A stretch of 63,634 nt of DNA, counting the filler, from Rhabdomonas costata (lineage: Eukaryota): assembly GCA_019059605.1 (NCBI GenBank). It is 56 parts of 56 records of this genome, joined end to end, with 100 filler letters (N's around TTAATTAATTAA, not from the genome) between each part and the next. Parts side by side here need not be neighbours in the genome. Positions count along the whole stretch, not along the records: positions 61,458 to 62,496 come from JAHMHO010032071.1; positions 62,597 to 63,634 come from JAHMHO010032072.1; 54 more parts are not named here. One strand, 5' to 3'. Made by a program: the position numbers and the translations under genes. Shown here piece after piece: positions 62,475-63,634 of this stretch. Below the pieces are notes generated by a model. It was not told where the DNA came from. It made no database searches and saw only the letters and a program-made list of their open reading frames with translations. Positions within the stretch are counted from its first letter, which is position 1. The number at the start of each line of letters is the position of its first letter.

Positions 62475-63634
62475 ACTTGATCCCCCCCGCCTTCTTNNNN
62501 NNNNNNNNNNNNNNNNNNNNNNNNNNNNNNNNNNNNNNNNTTAATTAATTAANNNNNNNNNNNNNNNNNNNNNNNNNNNNNNNNNNNNNNNNNNNNTTTT
62601 GGGGGGGGAATCTTCATGTGGTTTAGTTCCGGCTCTTGTGTGTGTGTACACGAACTTCAGCTGTTTACCATGACCAGTAGGAACCAGGAAGGACCGACAC
62701 CTGGACCATGGTTTGAAAATTCCCGCCGACTCCAAAAAAATATCGATCAGGGAAAAGGTCCTGTTCGGTTTCACTTAAGCCGCGTACGAGTGGCTCCACT
62801 TCAGGTCCCGTTTAATGTGTTTTTCTTTTTTCCTTTTGCTTTTGGGCTTTTCTTTTCGCTCAGGGCTTACCTTGGGTCATGGTGGTTGCCACGGAGTCCA
62901 GCTCGTGGACCAAGCAGGTGTACTCTGGGGCGCAGATCAACCTGGCTGTTGTGTTTGGCTGCATCATAGGGTATGCTCCACCCCCACCACGGCGCCATTA
63001 GCATTTCCACCGTCACGTCGTGATTCCCCTATTGTGTCGATTTTTAGACAATCACGCTCTGCGGGCACGATCACTCTTTTTGTGATTGGAGGATCTCCGG
63101 CTGCCCTGTTGCAAATATGACCTTTCCAAATCTGCTAACCCTGTACAAAATATGCGTTTTTCTTCGAGCCTTCTTCGATGCTCTGCAGTGGCGCTAGTTA
63201 CGGTAAATCCTGAACCGTCACAGTTTTTTTTTCCTATTTTCTGTATTTGTGCATGCATGCTGATCACATCACTGAACGTTTATATTTAAATGCTCTTGTG
63301 GCAGCCCCCAATTCAGCTTTCATGAATGATGAAGCTGAACTTGCCAATAGGGCTAGTGAACGCACGCAACTTTTTTTCTGCAACGCGTTTTCTTCACATG
63401 AACTTAAAAGATAACGTTTCAAACATCACCTGTGGTGGTCATGGCAAAAGAAAGCGTTGAGTACAATGCGCATCGCCTTGTGCAGAGCAGGCACGGTAAA
63501 CGCAATGCACGGACAATGCGTCTGGGTCCTCCCCATTCTTCGCTTTCCAGGACATGCCTCCTCACGCTGATCCTGATGAGACTGCTGACCGCCCCTTTGC
63601 GACGGCTGGTCCACGACATGGGTAACACCCAACC

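Noticed and set aside
1040..62596. Regularly spaced identical TTAATTAATTAA motif resembling a CRISPR-like or repeat array
   Set aside because: It is flanked by N runs and is an artificial six-frame-stop linker. ORFs ending in X...LIN or X...N are artefacts of crossing it.
1..63634. Apparent co-location of cyclases, histidine kinase, kinases and retroelements as a gene cluster
   Set aside because: The contigs appear to be ordered by length only, so adjacency has no biological meaning.
1..63634. tRNA, rRNA, snRNA or spliced-leader RNA genes
   Set aside because: None recognised by eye; a covariance-model search (tRNAscan-SE, Rfam) would be needed to exclude them.

Overview
This window is not one locus. 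It is 56 unrelated short contigs (about 1,030-1,042 bp each) joined by an artificial 100-bp spacer (N44-TTAATTAATTAA-N44), so gene neighbourhood carries no information. The DNA is an intron-rich eukaryotic (protist) nuclear genome. A euglenozoan, plausibly a euglenid, is suggested by the trypanosome-type receptor adenylate cyclases together with many spliceosomal introns; this is inference. By reading exons and splice sites I recognise fragments of UBA2/SAE2, TMEM43, three class III nucleotide cyclases, a PDI/thioredoxin-fold protein, a SatP/Gpr1/Fun34 transporter, an insulinase (M16A), an SLC35F6-like transporter, two protein kinases (one Cdc7/SepA/MAP3K-epsilon-like), a papain protease, myosin, ABCF, an FBXL4-N-like domain, a hybrid histidine kinase, an AMP deaminase-like protein, an FKBP, an EGF-repeat protein, a UBL protein, ISWI, TM9SF and a CCCH zinc-finger protein. 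There are also decayed RTE-like LINE and LTR retroelement remnants. Most interesting: 3 of about 19 reconstructable introns need GC donors and the GT donors are very degenerate; several signalling or metabolic enzymes look catalytically degenerate; a stem-loop repeat occurs three times in one contig; and one coding-like frame is interrupted by TAA and TAG. Terminal hairpins and G/T-rich contig ends look like whole-genome-amplification artefacts. I found no convincing novel multi-gene system, and the fragmentation would hide one anyway.
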